This document shows, piece by piece, positions 50,801 to 62,941 of a stretch of 64,000 nucleotides of DNA. Under the pieces are notes generated by a model. That model did no database searches. It had not been told where the DNA came from and saw only the letters and a program-made list of their open reading frames with translations. The translations under genes and the position numbers were made by a program. Source of the DNA: Phoronis australis (taxonomy: Eukaryota > Animalia > Phoronida); assembly GCA_002633005.1 (NCBI GenBank), contig NMRA01000031.1:843185-907184 (forward strand), written 5' to 3'. The number at the start of each line of letters is the position of its first letter. The first letter of the stretch is position 1.

Positions 50801-51211
50801 GTTTTCATCTTGCAGCAATCCAGGATACTGATTTACTAATATTCATTCAAGTTAATGCCCAATCGTTTCATAGAAAAACTAAGAAAATTAGGGATGGTAT
50901 GTCAACAGAACATGACGTTGGATGTTCACAAGAATGGGCGTTTAGCTGAACGTGGGCATTGAGCCGTAAGAATATGGTAGTGACTAAACTCACATTTACT
51001 TGTGCGTCATGACGATGCAGGCCTGTGCTTCAAATTTACTACAGTAATGCTTTAGTTTTGTGTGAGTGGGACTTGAACTATTTTGAACTTTCTTGCAGAA
51101 TTCCATGGAATAGAGACATGGTTACTACAGAGATCTTTACAGACTTTACAAAATGAGAAAAAGGCAGAACTGATTTCATTTGACGGCAATGAAGGTGTGA
51201 AGTTCTTCTGA
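44754..51211 (+). CDS. VPS25: ESCRT-II subunit VPS25, 178 aa: join(44754..44812,46513..46658,47478..47531,48661..48749,49981..50056,51099..51211)
   Basis: MSSGTDFSWPWQYNFPPFFTLQPNLDTRNKQLEAWCNLVL..SPLFYNKAIDRKL..WRTPSEWGKLIYQW..NSVCTLYEL..GEDT..EFHG..GVKFF*; all phases consistent. Confidence 0.97.
44924..45516. mobile_element. Probable MITE in VPS25 intron 1
   Basis: Inverted termini AGGTCCTAAAGTCGTGA / TCACGACTTTAGGGCCT with internal copies of the motif; no clear TSD. Confidence 0.45.
46513..46658 (+). CDS. VPS25: VPS25 exon 2
   Basis: tttcag acceptor; ends at U12-type donor A|gtatccttt. Confidence 0.93.
46659..47477 (+). other. U12-type (minor spliceosome) GT-AG intron of VPS25
   Basis: 5'ss GTATCCTTT; branch site TTCCTTAAC at 47460-47468 close to the 3' CAG; no polypyrimidine tract; splicing restores the frame (..AID-R-KLS..). 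Confidence 0.92.
47478..47531 (+). CDS. VPS25: VPS25 exon 3 (RKLSQEMINIVLEDLKHK)
   Basis: Follows the U12 acceptor; G|gtaaat donor. Confidence 0.9.
48661..48749 (+). CDS. VPS25: VPS25 exon 4 (GNVEWTDKSRKQCLVMWRTPSEWGKLIYQW)
   Basis: tttcag / TGG|gtgagt. Confidence 0.95.
49981..50056 (+). CDS. VPS25: VPS25 exon 5 (ASSHGMVNSVCTLYELSNGEDTVDQ)
   Basis: ttgtag / G|gtttgt. Confidence 0.92.
50410..50620 (-). mobile_element. Full-length tRNA-derived SINE in VPS25 intron 5 (antisense)
   Basis: A-box-like TGGCCTGGTTG, B-box GGTTCAAGTCC, A-rich tail, 11-bp TSD ATCCAATAGTT at 50399-50409 and 50621-50631; the tail motif AATTGCAGGCGGTCTG recurs at about 61191. Confidence 0.82.
51099..51211 (+). CDS. VPS25: VPS25 last exon (EFHGIETWLLQRSLQTLQNEKKAELISFDGNEGVKFF*)
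   Basis: ttgcag acceptor; GVKFF C-terminus; TGA stop. Confidence 0.95.
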
Positions 51212-51438
51212 GAATTTTCTAGAGATGTCCACCTTGACATAAACACCAACACTTCTCTCAAGTTTCACCAAGCATTCAGAGACTTGATTATTGACATCTG
51301 TAGGACATGACCCCCCGATATTTTCTCTGGACGTTTTTAGCCTATTATACATTTTTGTGCAAAATGTGATTGTTTGCCTAATACGCAGCAGCGAGATGGC
51401 TCCGGGATGTTTGGAAGATGGCGAGGGACCAGCAGATA

Positions 51439-51933
51439 ATACATCAGACAACTGAAGCAGAGCGTTAACATTTGGGCACCAACTGTTGGACAATATATTA
51501 GTACTGTGTTCTCATCTCTGGAGACGAACCCTGTGATTTTTAAGCCAGCTTGGTAGCTTCTCCCGTATTCCAGTAAATGAGCGTGGCATCTGAGTGTACT
51601 CCAGCGCCATCTATGTGCAAAACTAGAAAACAAAGTATAACTGTTCATATCACATTTATTTGTAATAAACTGAAACTTAAGTATGNATACATCAGACAAC
51701 TGAAGCAGTGCGTTAACATTTGGGCACCAACTGTTGCACAATATATTAGTACTGTGTTCTCATCTCTGGAGACGAACCCTGTGATTTTTAAGCCAGCTTG
51801 GTAGCTTCTCCCGTATTCCAGTAAATGAGCGTGGCATCTGAGTGTACTCCAGCGCCATCTATGTGCAAAACTAGAAAACAAAGTATAACTGTTCATATCA
51901 CATTTATTTGTAATAAACTGAAACTTAAGTATG
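51439..51933. repeat. 247-bp duplication around the N at 51686 in the VPS25 3' UTR; probable contig-overlap artefact
   Basis: 51439-51685 vs 51687-51933; two substitutions seen. Confidence 0.85.
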
Positions 51934-54900
51934 GTAATGGACAATCTTTTACATGCAAACATTAAGTAAACAGAAAAAAATACTTATCATGGTCGTCTTT
52001 ACCACAAACTGAACACAGAAAAGTATTTGCGAAAATAGCCTTCTAAATATGTAGTGCATCAATATTGCAGATATTTTCATTTTGGGCTTGGAGGGGTTTG
52101 TAAATCACGGGCGTTTTTCACGCACAACAGACCCTTTGAAATGTACGTGCAAGGTCAAGGGAAGTAGTTCTTTGTGAACCCTGCTCTTTGTCATACAAAT
52201 GTCCCATTTGTACTGTGTAAGTAAACTGTTCAGAGCTTGAAGGGTTTATGGTCCTGGCTGAGAAGATAATTGGGTTTTGAATAGCCAAGCCCATAATGTT
52301 ACAATATTGTGTCATCAGCTTGAAGTTTATGACAAAATAATAAGAGTACATTTAAGTTATATTTGGCCTCAGACTGCTCTAACATAATGTGGTTTTCTTG
52401 TGACAGACTGTTTCAAGTAGTCAAACAAACTCGGGACGGTGTTTATTCCTGAGCAAATCTGTTCAACAGATGACATGTAATTTCACATCAGTAAACATTA
52501 AGCCGATAACAACTGTGAGAGTACAGTCCAGTTAAAGAGGTTTAACACTGGAAATCAGAGAGTTTCTCAGAATCAAGAAGTGGAACAGTGTTTCTGATTT
52601 GAGGCTAGTTTTGAGTGATGTCACTGAGTACTGGCAAGGCTGTTTGCCATGATGGGCAATGAGGCAGCATCAAAATACAGAGGTTCTATTTTTCTAGCGA
52701 ACGTAAGATGACACTGCCCTTTGCCACATAAGAGGAAGATTTGCATGTGGCCGAGGCGACTTTCCCCTGTTTACATGACCTTTAAAGACATTTCAGCAAT
52801 ACTAGAAAAAAATTGTGTGTGCGGCTGAGGAGACATAGTCCCATTTGCAGAATTTTCCAATTTTAAGCAAGATAACAGAATCGATTTTACTGTCTTCAAA
52901 TTGATTTTGAATCAATGCTTTCCTTTAATGACAATGTCTGCAACAAGTCTACAAATCAGTTCTTACTACCATCAGAAATAAGCATCAATATCTCTTATGG
53001 TCTATAGATCTCCACATTGTAAAGCAGGCACAACATTTTGACTTCTACTGTAGCCAAAATTGTGAGATATACTTCCAAGCAGCCATTCATTGGCAGAGGT
53101 CGTACAGGGAGGAGTGACGACAAGTCTCGAACAGATATATTGCAACTGAATGAAATTTACACAATTTGATAACAGTGGTTAAAAACCTTAACAGATGGCA
53201 ACAAAAAGGCATTACTTCCAAATTAAAAATAATCTCAAAGAATAAATACATGTAATTGTTTACATCAAGCTGGACTAGTATTACAAAGCTGCATGGCAGT
53301 GCAGTTTTGCTTTGCAATCGTAGTTTACATACACGGGCTTGACTGCTTGTATTCTAAAGTTATGCAAATAACACTGTGATCACAAATTAAACTTCACTAG
53401 GCAACTTCAATTAATGTGGTTCAGCTGAAATTATACTTTGAATGAGGACCTTTTATAATTAAGTACAACGCAGATGAATCTGAATCAGAACTTTCTAAAG
53501 AAATAGCACTATCTCTTAAAAGGATACTTGGCCTGGTTTTGGCCTATTACCAGAAATGACTTTCTCCATCTAGCTCTCAAAAATGAAATAATGCTCTGTA
53601 ACCGTCATCAACTGTTAGAAATTTGGAGAAAATCTGAAAACTCTGCTAGACCAGCAAGCGTGACTAACACTTTGTGCAAGTCACATGACAACTGAAGGGA
53701 GAGACTACTCACTACAAAAGACACGAGCAAGTGTTCTTAGTTGAATCTTGCTTGTATCAGCGAGGCACGATTGGTGGACTGGCAGGAAACAGAACAAGGA
53801 TTGGTTGAAATCATTATGAGGTTTAGTATCCTTTTAAATATTAAGTAATTTGGTCAACTTTTTCAAGAATCATTGTAAATTAGGACGGTAGTAGTAGAAT
53901 GAAACTGGATAACAAAAAGATCACTAAATTACCAACAAGCTCAAATCTTCCATCATTCCGTTATTTTGGATTTTCACTGAACTTTCCAGGACATGTAAAA
54001 AAAGCCAGGTGACTGATTTCCCATCTTTAAATAGTAGATATTAAACTTAAAACCAAAATTACCGCACTTATCTACTTTAAATAGTGAATCAGCTCATGAA
54101 ATGTTACAGAAATTTTCGACCAATGCAGAACAACCCAATGACATACCAGAATCAGCAAAGCTTTTTTGCTTGCTACAATCCTTCAAACATATATTGTTAA
54201 TATTATACAACTTAAAACATGGTCTCTTAATGTGAAGATCAATTGTGAAGAGAAGTACCATCAATAAAGATTTCAATGGCACATGCATATCTGGATAACC
54301 AATAGACTCCAGCACAAGGCTTTCCAAAAATTAAAACTCAAAGCTACATTTCACCCTGATTATAATAACTTAGAACACTCCGAGCTCTCAACAACAGAGT
54401 CATAACCAACAGCTGATCCCCAATGTACTCACAAGAAATGGTCATTGTTGTGTCACCCAATTGACCTATTTATGAATGGAAGTCCTTGAGCCATCTTTTT
54501 TGGCTTGTTGAGAGTTTTTATACATATATATCACTTATTTTAGTGACAAGGATGCATCACAGAATGCAATACAAAAACAAATATATGGCAATGTTTCTTT
54601 GAATTAGAACCCAATATGACGAAACAGTAAAAATCTAAATTTTCAACAAGAGTAAACAAGAAGATAATTTTACATGGTGAGAAACACTGATATTTGTAAT
54701 TTCTTCATGGTAACACAGATCAGGTCCTATCGTGTTAAGGCTTGGTTGTATTCTCATTTTTACCCACCTAAACAAGTCCTATCGTGGTAGTGCTCAGCGG
54801 GAGTCTCGTTTTTACCCATCTAAACGGGTCCAAATGTAGCTTTAACTAATTATATCCTTTGCAATCATTGGATGAAAAGTCAAAATTGTTTCAAATGAAT

Positions 54901-55974
54901 CATTAATAATAGCATGATTGTATTACAACATGAAGATTGTCAAATCCTCTGTAAACTGGAAACTAGATATTGCACAATCCTCCTTTACATACTAAATAAT
55001 AAAACGATAAACAAAGTTTACATACAAAATTCTTGGCACAAGCACATTACAACGAAACCATGGTACAAAGCTGTCATACAGCTTTCGTACTGGTCTGGGT
55101 AAAACGTGAGCGAAATAAAACTTGACACAAAATTAATGTCATTAAAAACTACAATCCTTGAGTAAAAAAATTGGTTACTGGCGCAAAACCATGCAGTTAT
55201 TCTGCAGTTAAAATTTTGTTGGCTTGAGCGCCATGAGATAGAGTACCCACAAGTGAGTGGACTTCTTTTTTCCCCTTCTTTAATAAAGAGCACACAAGGC
55301 TTCCCTTTTTACAACAAATTATCATTATCATTATCATTCTTTTCACTGATCATTGCATTAGTATTTTATCACTAGAGATCTGAATTTCAAAGTTGTTACC
55401 ATTACATGTTGCAAAGCCACAAAGTAAAAGGTGAACACTGGACCTGCCATAAATGCCCTGCTATGAAGTCAATGACAGATTTTGTCTTTGACACATGGCA
55501 TGAGTTTGATGCAGGTAAATGGCATTTATTATAGTGTTTCGTTTAAATGGCTGTAACCAACAAAGTAAGTGTCATTTGAATACTGCAATCACAAAAAATC
55601 AGACAATCTGGCATGCTACATTATGATGCATGTTTCGTGGTGAGAGGGCCGCAAATACAGTTATGGTGAACTGAAAAATATGACTTTGCTCATTTCGACA
55701 GTTTTTAACCAAAGCAGTAGCTGTATCTAACTTGAGCCTTATATGGTTTGCTGATCACTGCTCAACCTTAGAGTATTATATTCCCACTGGCTGGGTATAT
55801 GACAATGTGCCAACACCTCACTTGAAACCAAGCTATAAGATTAGGTTCCTTTTCAGCCAAAATAGCCCTACCTCTCTACTACAGCAGATACTTCACTTCT
55901 TTGGCAACACAATGTTTCACCAAAATTGGGTCACATGCCCCCACCAGCATAGTCTACATGTGCTAATTAATGCT

Positions 55975-56519
55975 CTAAACACCATTATTGTTATCAATCT
56001 CAATGTCTTCAACACTTGGTATAATCTCACTCTCGACTGGCTCAGACTTGACTCTCACATGAGAACTGCTCTCATCAATATCAGTGTAGGACACACAAGG
56101 GGCGGGCGACAGATCACCTTCGTTATGATTAGTTTGTTGACTGCACAGTTGGGTCACGTGGTCTTTCTGTTCATTTAAGTGATCGTCACTCACAGCATTA
56201 CAAGACAGATCTTCTGGTACGTCCTTATTTCCAACTTCACTCTCACCATCCACACCCATGACTGCTACATCCTGCCCGTATGACTCATCACTGTTAGCCT
56301 CTGTATCACCTCCCCCAGTGGCAGCAGGATACACACCGGGCAGTGACGTGGCCACCTTACAATGCACCTTTTTGTAGTGGATGACTAGATTATCCTTTCT
56401 GTGGAAGAGTTTATTGCACATAGGACACTTGTAGTCTTTACAAGATGTGTGTCGCAGGACGTGTCTATTGAGACCACTCTTATACTGAAGAATAGCACCA
56501 CATATCTCACACTTGAAGC
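55975..56519 (-). CDS. Terminal exon with two C2H2 zinc fingers and an acidic tail
   Basis: ctttcag acceptor directly before GFKCEIC; two CxxC-x12-H-x3/4-H motifs. Confidence 0.88.
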
Positions 56520-59500
56520 CTGAAAGATAGTAAATAGTGGTCAATCAATCACACACTGAACACAGATCGCATCACGTAATAGTAAATAGTTGTCAATCAA
56601 TCACACACTCAACACAGATCGCATCACGTAATAGTAAATAGTGGTTAATCAATTACACACTGAACACAGATCGCATCACGTAATAGGGTGGGACGACACA
56701 CATTTTTAGGAATTCGATTCCATTCCATTTCTTTAGGATGACTTAAGATTATTTTCGATTCAATTCTTGTTTATCAACTTAATTAATTTTTTTCTAAAAT
56801 AAGCTGATAACTTAGAATGAAAAACAATTCAACAGAGGCAAACTTTTATTTCCTTTCACTTTAAGTTTTTCTTAATGAAAATGAGAAAAATGAGTGTGCC
56901 GACATTTTCTGGTGACAACTGTCAATGTCCCCTGCTGTAGAAAATTGGAAAATAACATTCGGATTAATGAAGGGTCCTGAGCTGTTCCATTGTTCTATGT
57001 CTCAATAGTACTCTTCAAAGGATATGCATAACTTGTAACTTTGTAAGGCACCCAACAGCAAAAATAGGAACTAAGCAGTGAATCAAGATGGTGCCCAAGC
57101 ATATCGATATCGAAATCAGTTACTCCAGTATAGCAATTCAATTGTAATCGATTACTATCGAATAATCGTCGCACCCTCAATAAATATCCTTCAAGCATTG
57201 TAACTGTAGACATCATAAAACCACAGGAGACAGTCAAAATAAACATTTCAATTTTTAGTTGTAGAGCGGACACAGAAGCCAAAAAACTTAACGTGCGGTT
57301 AAGGACTGCAACCATAATACTCACCCGTCACTCAAATGCTCTCAAGACATTGTCTAAAACTGGTGGGTTGTACTCAAAGCACTATCAAATATCCCTCGCC
57401 TCCCGCAGACTGTACAGTAACCCTCACATTAAATGATAATTTTTACAAAATATTTATGTTATCCTGAATTCTCGATATGGCTAATAAAATGAGCGCCAGC
57501 TTCCTGTCAACAATAGTTCAAGCCAAGATGCACAGATGCCTCTCGCTGTCAGCAGGCTCAACAACTAATGAATACATTTTTGAGCTGAAAGTGGACTCGT
57601 ATCTACTTCTCCTGTAGTCTTCACACATTAAGAGATGCCCCAGTGTATTAGTAGGTATTGACTGCTACAGCTACACCTATTGGTGATGGTAAAAACTGTG
57701 CATAGCAGGGCAGTCCAATACACAAATAACTGGTCATTAGTCAGAATATCACCATGCAGGGCTCGACATAACAAGCTGCAGGTCGCATTTGCGACCTGAA
57801 ATCTGGAAATGCGAGCTGAGATTTTTGTCAGCTCGTATCATGTCGCAAAATGCGACCTGGAATTTCCAGCGTATGCGAGCTGAATTTTTACACTTCTCCG
57901 CAGATACCTGGCAAATACTGATAAAGCGACGCTTAACAAATCCGGCTGTTATTTGGTTGTTGCCAAATCCAAATTCAAAAGAACATCAACTGAGAACAGC
58001 CCTCCCGGTGACTTGTAAGCAAGTCGCGTGAACATGGGATTTGCAGAATCGATCTTTGGCGCGTTTTATTGGCTAAGATTTTTGGCCACTTTTTCAAATT
58101 TCCGGATTCGCCGAAGAAAGTTTCGAGCCTTTGCATAACACGTGCTAAAATGTGCCAAAGCTGTGGTATTTCTACTAATTCTTAAGCGATCAGCTTGCCA
58201 AATTTTGTGGTGGACAAATATGTTTATTTTTAGAGTAAGATGTCCTTGTTACATTTACGAAATATCCCGACAATATCTCTGATATCGCACTGAGGCACTG
58301 GTCGGTCACCTTGTTTAATCGCCAAACGACGGCCACGTCCTTACTTTCAGTTTCCAAGAAATTCTCAAACCCCTTTATTTATTTCTGGGGCTACGTGCGC
58401 CAAATATGATTTGTCTTTCACACATTGTTGCTAACGTAAAGTGTAGGCCTACTCCAGCGATTCAAGTGCGTGAACTCACGTGTGCGCACCACTTCAAAGC
58501 TGCACATCAAAGGAGAACAGCGACAGTCCTAAATGAAAGAGTAAACCGGCTTGGCTCTGTTAAGCGCCCGGGTACGTGCCAGTGGTTTATTTGAAAATGA
58601 ACTCATAGATTCCCGGCGGTTATAAAAGACCCGATGCTTTACGATATTTCCCGGGACCGATATAACCCAGAACTGATATTTTCCAGTGTGACGATGTTTC
58701 CCGAGGTCGATGTTCTGTAAGCCCTGTTTTCTATGGCTGTAGCCGGCTATTGCAACTAAACGGGTACTAAATGCGAAATTGTGGTTAGCGAACTTTTTAT
58801 TCTTTTCTTCATACACCCTCCCCCCCACTCCCAACTTTTCGCTCCCGGACCACCGTCGCCGTAAAATGTTCAGACTCCAATAGAAACAATCTTGCTCTGG
58901 CTGAAGCGGGCCATTAAAAAAAAACTTATTCTGACTGGCTAAAAAGGGTACAGTGTAGGTGGTAACGATATCCAGAAAGCCACCCCTACTAGATGGAGTT
59001 TGCCTCGCAAAATCGTATTATTATAACGTTTCTTACCATTGCAGTCTTTTAAAATCTTATTAGTGCAAACACTCGGGTTAACGACTATGCTCACCCACAA
59101 CTTGCACAAGCCTACTCCCTACCTTCGAAGTGTTTCATAATAAGTGCTCACTGATCTACTAAGCGTTCCCCCTCAACTTTTGAGAATTTCCAATTAAGTG
59201 CCCACAGTTCAGGCTAGCGCCCATCATAGCGCACTACAAACGACCGCGCATGGTTTAAAATTGACACACAGCCTAAATAGTGTGTCACTCTCATTTTACA
59301 CAATAAATTCAGTTTTCAAAAAACGTTTTTTCTCAATATGTAAAAACCAAATCCCGCCTTTGTATCATACCTCCAAAGAAAGTGACATGCGTGTTGTTTT
59401 GTGGCAGACCTATTTTTCCTGTACTTGGAAAGTATTGAGGAGCAAACTCGTATTACTCGATGGAAACCCACACGGATTCAGGAATTATTTCGAGGCTATT

Positions 59501-61753
59501 CATTTCATGGAAAACTAGTTGTTGAGTAAGTAAACAGCATAAATATCACATTTTTGTTGTCAAATGTGCACTGAATTGTTCCCGTCCATCCAAATACGTC
59601 ATTCGGTTTGGGCATCGTTTTACGGAGTTTTTTCGACTGATGTTTTTCAAACGTCGAGTTAAGTTGCAAAATTTGGGCTGCGAACAAGGAGTGGATGGAA
59701 TTTGCACTCCGAGTTAGTTTGAATCTTTAACGACTTTGATGACAGCCATTAACAGGTGAGACCTAGAAAAATTGCAGATACTTTTTCAATGGGCATTTTC
59801 TCCCTTTTCATATCGCAAACTTAGCTACTTGAATGCAAAGTGACGTGACAGTTAGAAAGCACTGATTCAATTTTCACGGCGGCAACTTGCCTTGCGCTCG
59901 AGAGCCTTTCAATGGCTGTGGTGAAGAAGAGTAACGCCGTACCTGCATGCACGAACTCAATTTTGCGACCTAATATTTGTGAGTATTTAATGCTGCAGGT
60001 GAGAGCATAATGTAAACATTTTCTCGATGATCTAAAAATCAATTTTAGCGCGTAAAAATAGCAGGAAAATTTTGCGACCTGGCATTTATGAATGCGAGCT
60101 GGATTTTGAAAATGCGACCTGGGATTTTGGCAAGGTCACAAAATGCGATCTGGCGATTTTAATAGCGTCGAGCCCTGCCATGGTTACGATAATCCTATGT
60201 AGCGGACACTCACCTATACCGTTGCGCTCAGGATGCAAGGAGCCAGATGTGTCAAACGGAATTTTTCGACCTCGGCCAGAAGACCGCATGACAACGTGGT
60301 CTGGTGAAAAATACACGTCCGAAGACATTTCAATTTTTGGCACGACTTCGTGATCTCTTTCGTCCACATTTTCACCTGCTTCTGCACCAGCCACTGGCAA
60401 TGAGCCACTTTTACGTTTCAACACTGAAGTAGGTGAAGTCACTACCTTGGCCACCTTTCTAGGTGTACACGCGTCACCTGTAACACAGTCACTGTTTGCC
60501 GGAACACGCCGACAAGGGGTGTGTTGTTTTCTTTTGGCACTCGAAGANGCAAGGTCACAAAATGCGATCTGGCGATTTTAATAGCGTCGAGCCCTGCCAT
60601 GGTTACGATAATCCTATGTAGCAGACACTCACCTATACCGTTGCGCTCAGGATGCAAGGAGCCAGATGTGTCAAACGGAATTTTTCGACCTCGGCCAGAA
60701 GACCGCATGACAACGTGGTCTGGCGAAAAATACACGTCCGAAGACATTTCAATTTTTGGCACGACTTCGTGATCTCTTTCGTCCACATTTTCACCTGCTT
60801 CTGCACTAGCCACTGGCAATGAGCCACTTTTACGTTTCAACACTGAAGTAGGTGAAGTCACTACCTTGGCCACCTTTCTAGGTGTACACGCGTCACCTGT
60901 AACACAGTCACTGTTTGCCGGAACACGCCGACAAGGGGTGTGTTGTTTTCTTTTGGCACTCGAAGACAAGGACACAAACTTCTGGACGTTCTGCAGAGGG
61001 ATTAGGCTCGTTGCCTGGTTTCTGTGAGTGTGCTCTGAGTTGCTGCTCACTCTCGATCTGCCGTTGGCGACCCAGAGCGAAGCCAGGTTCATGGCACTCA
61101 ACTCTGAACCTGCAATAAAGGTTGGTCATCTACAAAAGGAACAAGGCTGGCTGTTGAGGGTGCAATTTTCAACAGAATCTATGTGGTAATAATTGCAGGC
61201 GGTCTGGTACATGCTGTACCAGACATGTCAACAATTAGTCTCTATTTCACACAAAATAATCATTTCCTAAAAACCAAGACAATAAAATTCCAGTATGCAA
61301 ACAATCGCTCTTTAAGCTCATTAAAATGGTTATTGTTGTTATTCATTGTGCAACAATCAAAAAGTAACGAGTGAACTTGGCCAGCACCATGTAACAAGGA
61401 GGTGAAGACTCTAAATACAGTACAACAGTTACTCGACAAACTTCCACCACTTAAACTACAATGACTCTAGCGCGTGACGTCCCGCATCAATGCACCCACA
61501 ACTTTTCCGAGAATTCCAGTAGGCTCGTCATTTTCAGTTCCTCAATTCAAGTGATTAAGGTAGTGACTCAGACGAGGGCAACAGAGCCGAGCATTAAGAA
61601 ACACGAGTCACCTTTGAATATCATCTGTCCATAAACCTTGTATTCCGCCAACTTGTGGTCTAGCCACCACACAAAGCCTGATAGCACCTCCTCTGGGACA
61701 CCCATCATTATAGCGGTAAAGCTTCTTTTTAGGTCTTCGAGTGCCGGCTCCAT
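55975..61753 (-). CDS. C2H2 zinc-finger protein (two fingers), about 387 aa: complement(join(55975..56519,60633..61109,61612..61753))
   Basis: Three exons with GT-AG sites, both introns phase 1. Fingers FKCEICGAILQYKSGLNRHVLRH and YKCPMCNKLFHRKDNLVIHYKKVH; basic patches (AKRK, LKRK); acidic tail with VKSEP. Confidence 0.75.
56527..56686. repeat. 52-bp tandem repeat, 3 copies, abutting the acceptor of the zinc-finger exon
   Basis: Unit ATAGTAAATAGTGGTCAATCAATCACACACTGAACACAGATCGCATCACGTA starts at 56527, 56579 and 56631. Confidence 0.93.
57757..60177. mobile_element. Non-autonomous hAT-like DNA transposon (2421 bp) with 5-bp TSD, in an intron of the zinc-finger gene
   Basis: Perfect 11-bp TIRs CAGGGCTCGAC / GTCGAGCCCTG; CCATG duplicated at 57752-57756 and 60178-60182; TGCGACCT/TGCGAGCT subterminal repeats at both ends; no transposase ORF. 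Confidence 0.85.
60130..60966. repeat. 418-bp duplication around the N at 60548; probable contig-overlap artefact
   Basis: 60130-60547 vs 60549-60966; three substitutions seen. Confidence 0.85.
60633..61109 (-). CDS. Middle exon of the zinc-finger gene (low-complexity linker)
   Basis: ttgcag acceptor, ATAG|gtgagt donor, 477-nt open frame, phases fit both neighbours. Confidence 0.7.
61612..61753 (-). CDS. First coding exon of the zinc-finger gene (MEPALEDLKRSFTAIMMGVPEEVLSGFVWWLDHKLAEYKVYGQMIFK)
   Basis: tttcag|CA-ATG-G; AAAG|gtgact donor; protein-like helical composition. Confidence 0.65.
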
Positions 61754-62941
61754 TGCTGAAACAACAGGTCAAACCATTTAGGCACACAACGGTTACGCGC
61801 TACTCCTTCATAGCGTTCTGGTAATGATATCCCATGTACACTGAAAGTGCCTGGCAAACTGCTACATGACCAAACGTTACAGTTTCAGTTATCCCCAAAA
61901 GGGGTCAGTTGGTAAAAATCATTGCATTCAATTACTTTAACATGAGTTTTCTAAAATTGTGTCAAGATTCAGACTGTTATTTGCGTGACCAGCTTTAAAA
62001 AAAGCTATCATTAATTTTATAAGTTTGGTTCATGGAACAAATCTGAAATAGCCAACTTGTTAACTTTCTAACATCTAAGACACTTGGAAGTCTTTCGGCC
62101 AACTTAAACACCTAGATCACAAAGGATGGCATAATATCAATTTTTCACTCATAGTTTCATGGCCTGAGAAAAGTGTACTGCTCGACAAAGTCACTATCAC
62201 TGACATTCTTCCCATGACCAAATTACTTGACCAAAATTGTACATGAAAAGTTACCAAATCCTTAAATCGGAACTGGCACACTAATTTCTTATCTCTGTGA
62301 TTGCTTGATCAAATTAGTCAGAAACACAACATATAGCGATGATGTGAATATGAAGTAGGTTGAAAATTGCCAAATGTTTTTAAGAATGAGTTTTGCGCCA
62401 AAAAGGATCCACCGTAAACCACTCAACCGTGTCCAGTAAGTGTCGTAACCTGGTGTTGGGGAATAACACTAATATGATTTGGGTTATGCGAGCCCCCAAG
62501 GTACGTCATTAGTGCAGAGGTCACCTCACCTACTTGCAGAATTATTTGTTTTGACATTTACAAGTTCTCAGTGAATACAGCTGCACATAGCTTAGTGTAG
62601 ATGATGTTCAAATAGCATTGTCGTTTACTTCCTGCTATAAATTAGAAAAGTTAGGAACATGCAAATACATGTTTAAGATTAAACTCAAAAAGAATATCTA
62701 TTAACTATTCCTACAATTTTCTAGTTGAATGCATTGTACCCTAGATACAGGAACTCCACTATGTTCCTTGACTTCCAGCACATTTGTGGACTTTGGACAA
62801 ACACCGACTGTTCATTTTTATGCTATTTTACCTTCACTGCAGTACCAAGTTTAAGCTCTGATACACAGGGAGACTAACCTTTACATTGAATTTGTAATAT
62901 TATCAAAAATAGACGAGAGCTTTTTATCTGACGTGCCTTAA

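Noticed and set aside
51439-51933. Duplicated polyadenylation region suggesting tandem alternative polyA sites in VPS25
   Set aside because: The copies meet exactly at an N and differ by two substitutions; a typical unmerged contig overlap
53826-53835. Additional U12-like donor motif GTATCCTTT (also at about 35585)
   Set aside because: No associated + strand exon or downstream U12 branch site was found; likely chance in AT-rich DNA
55732-56178. 148-aa + strand ORF overlapping the zinc-finger exon
   Set aside because: Antisense shadow of the coding exon and 3' UTR; no recognisable motifs
60130-60547. Second partial copy of the zinc-finger middle exon (ORF 60086..60454)
   Set aside because: It has no acceptor of its own, is bounded by the N at 60548 and is nearly identical to the other copy; allelic overlap artefact
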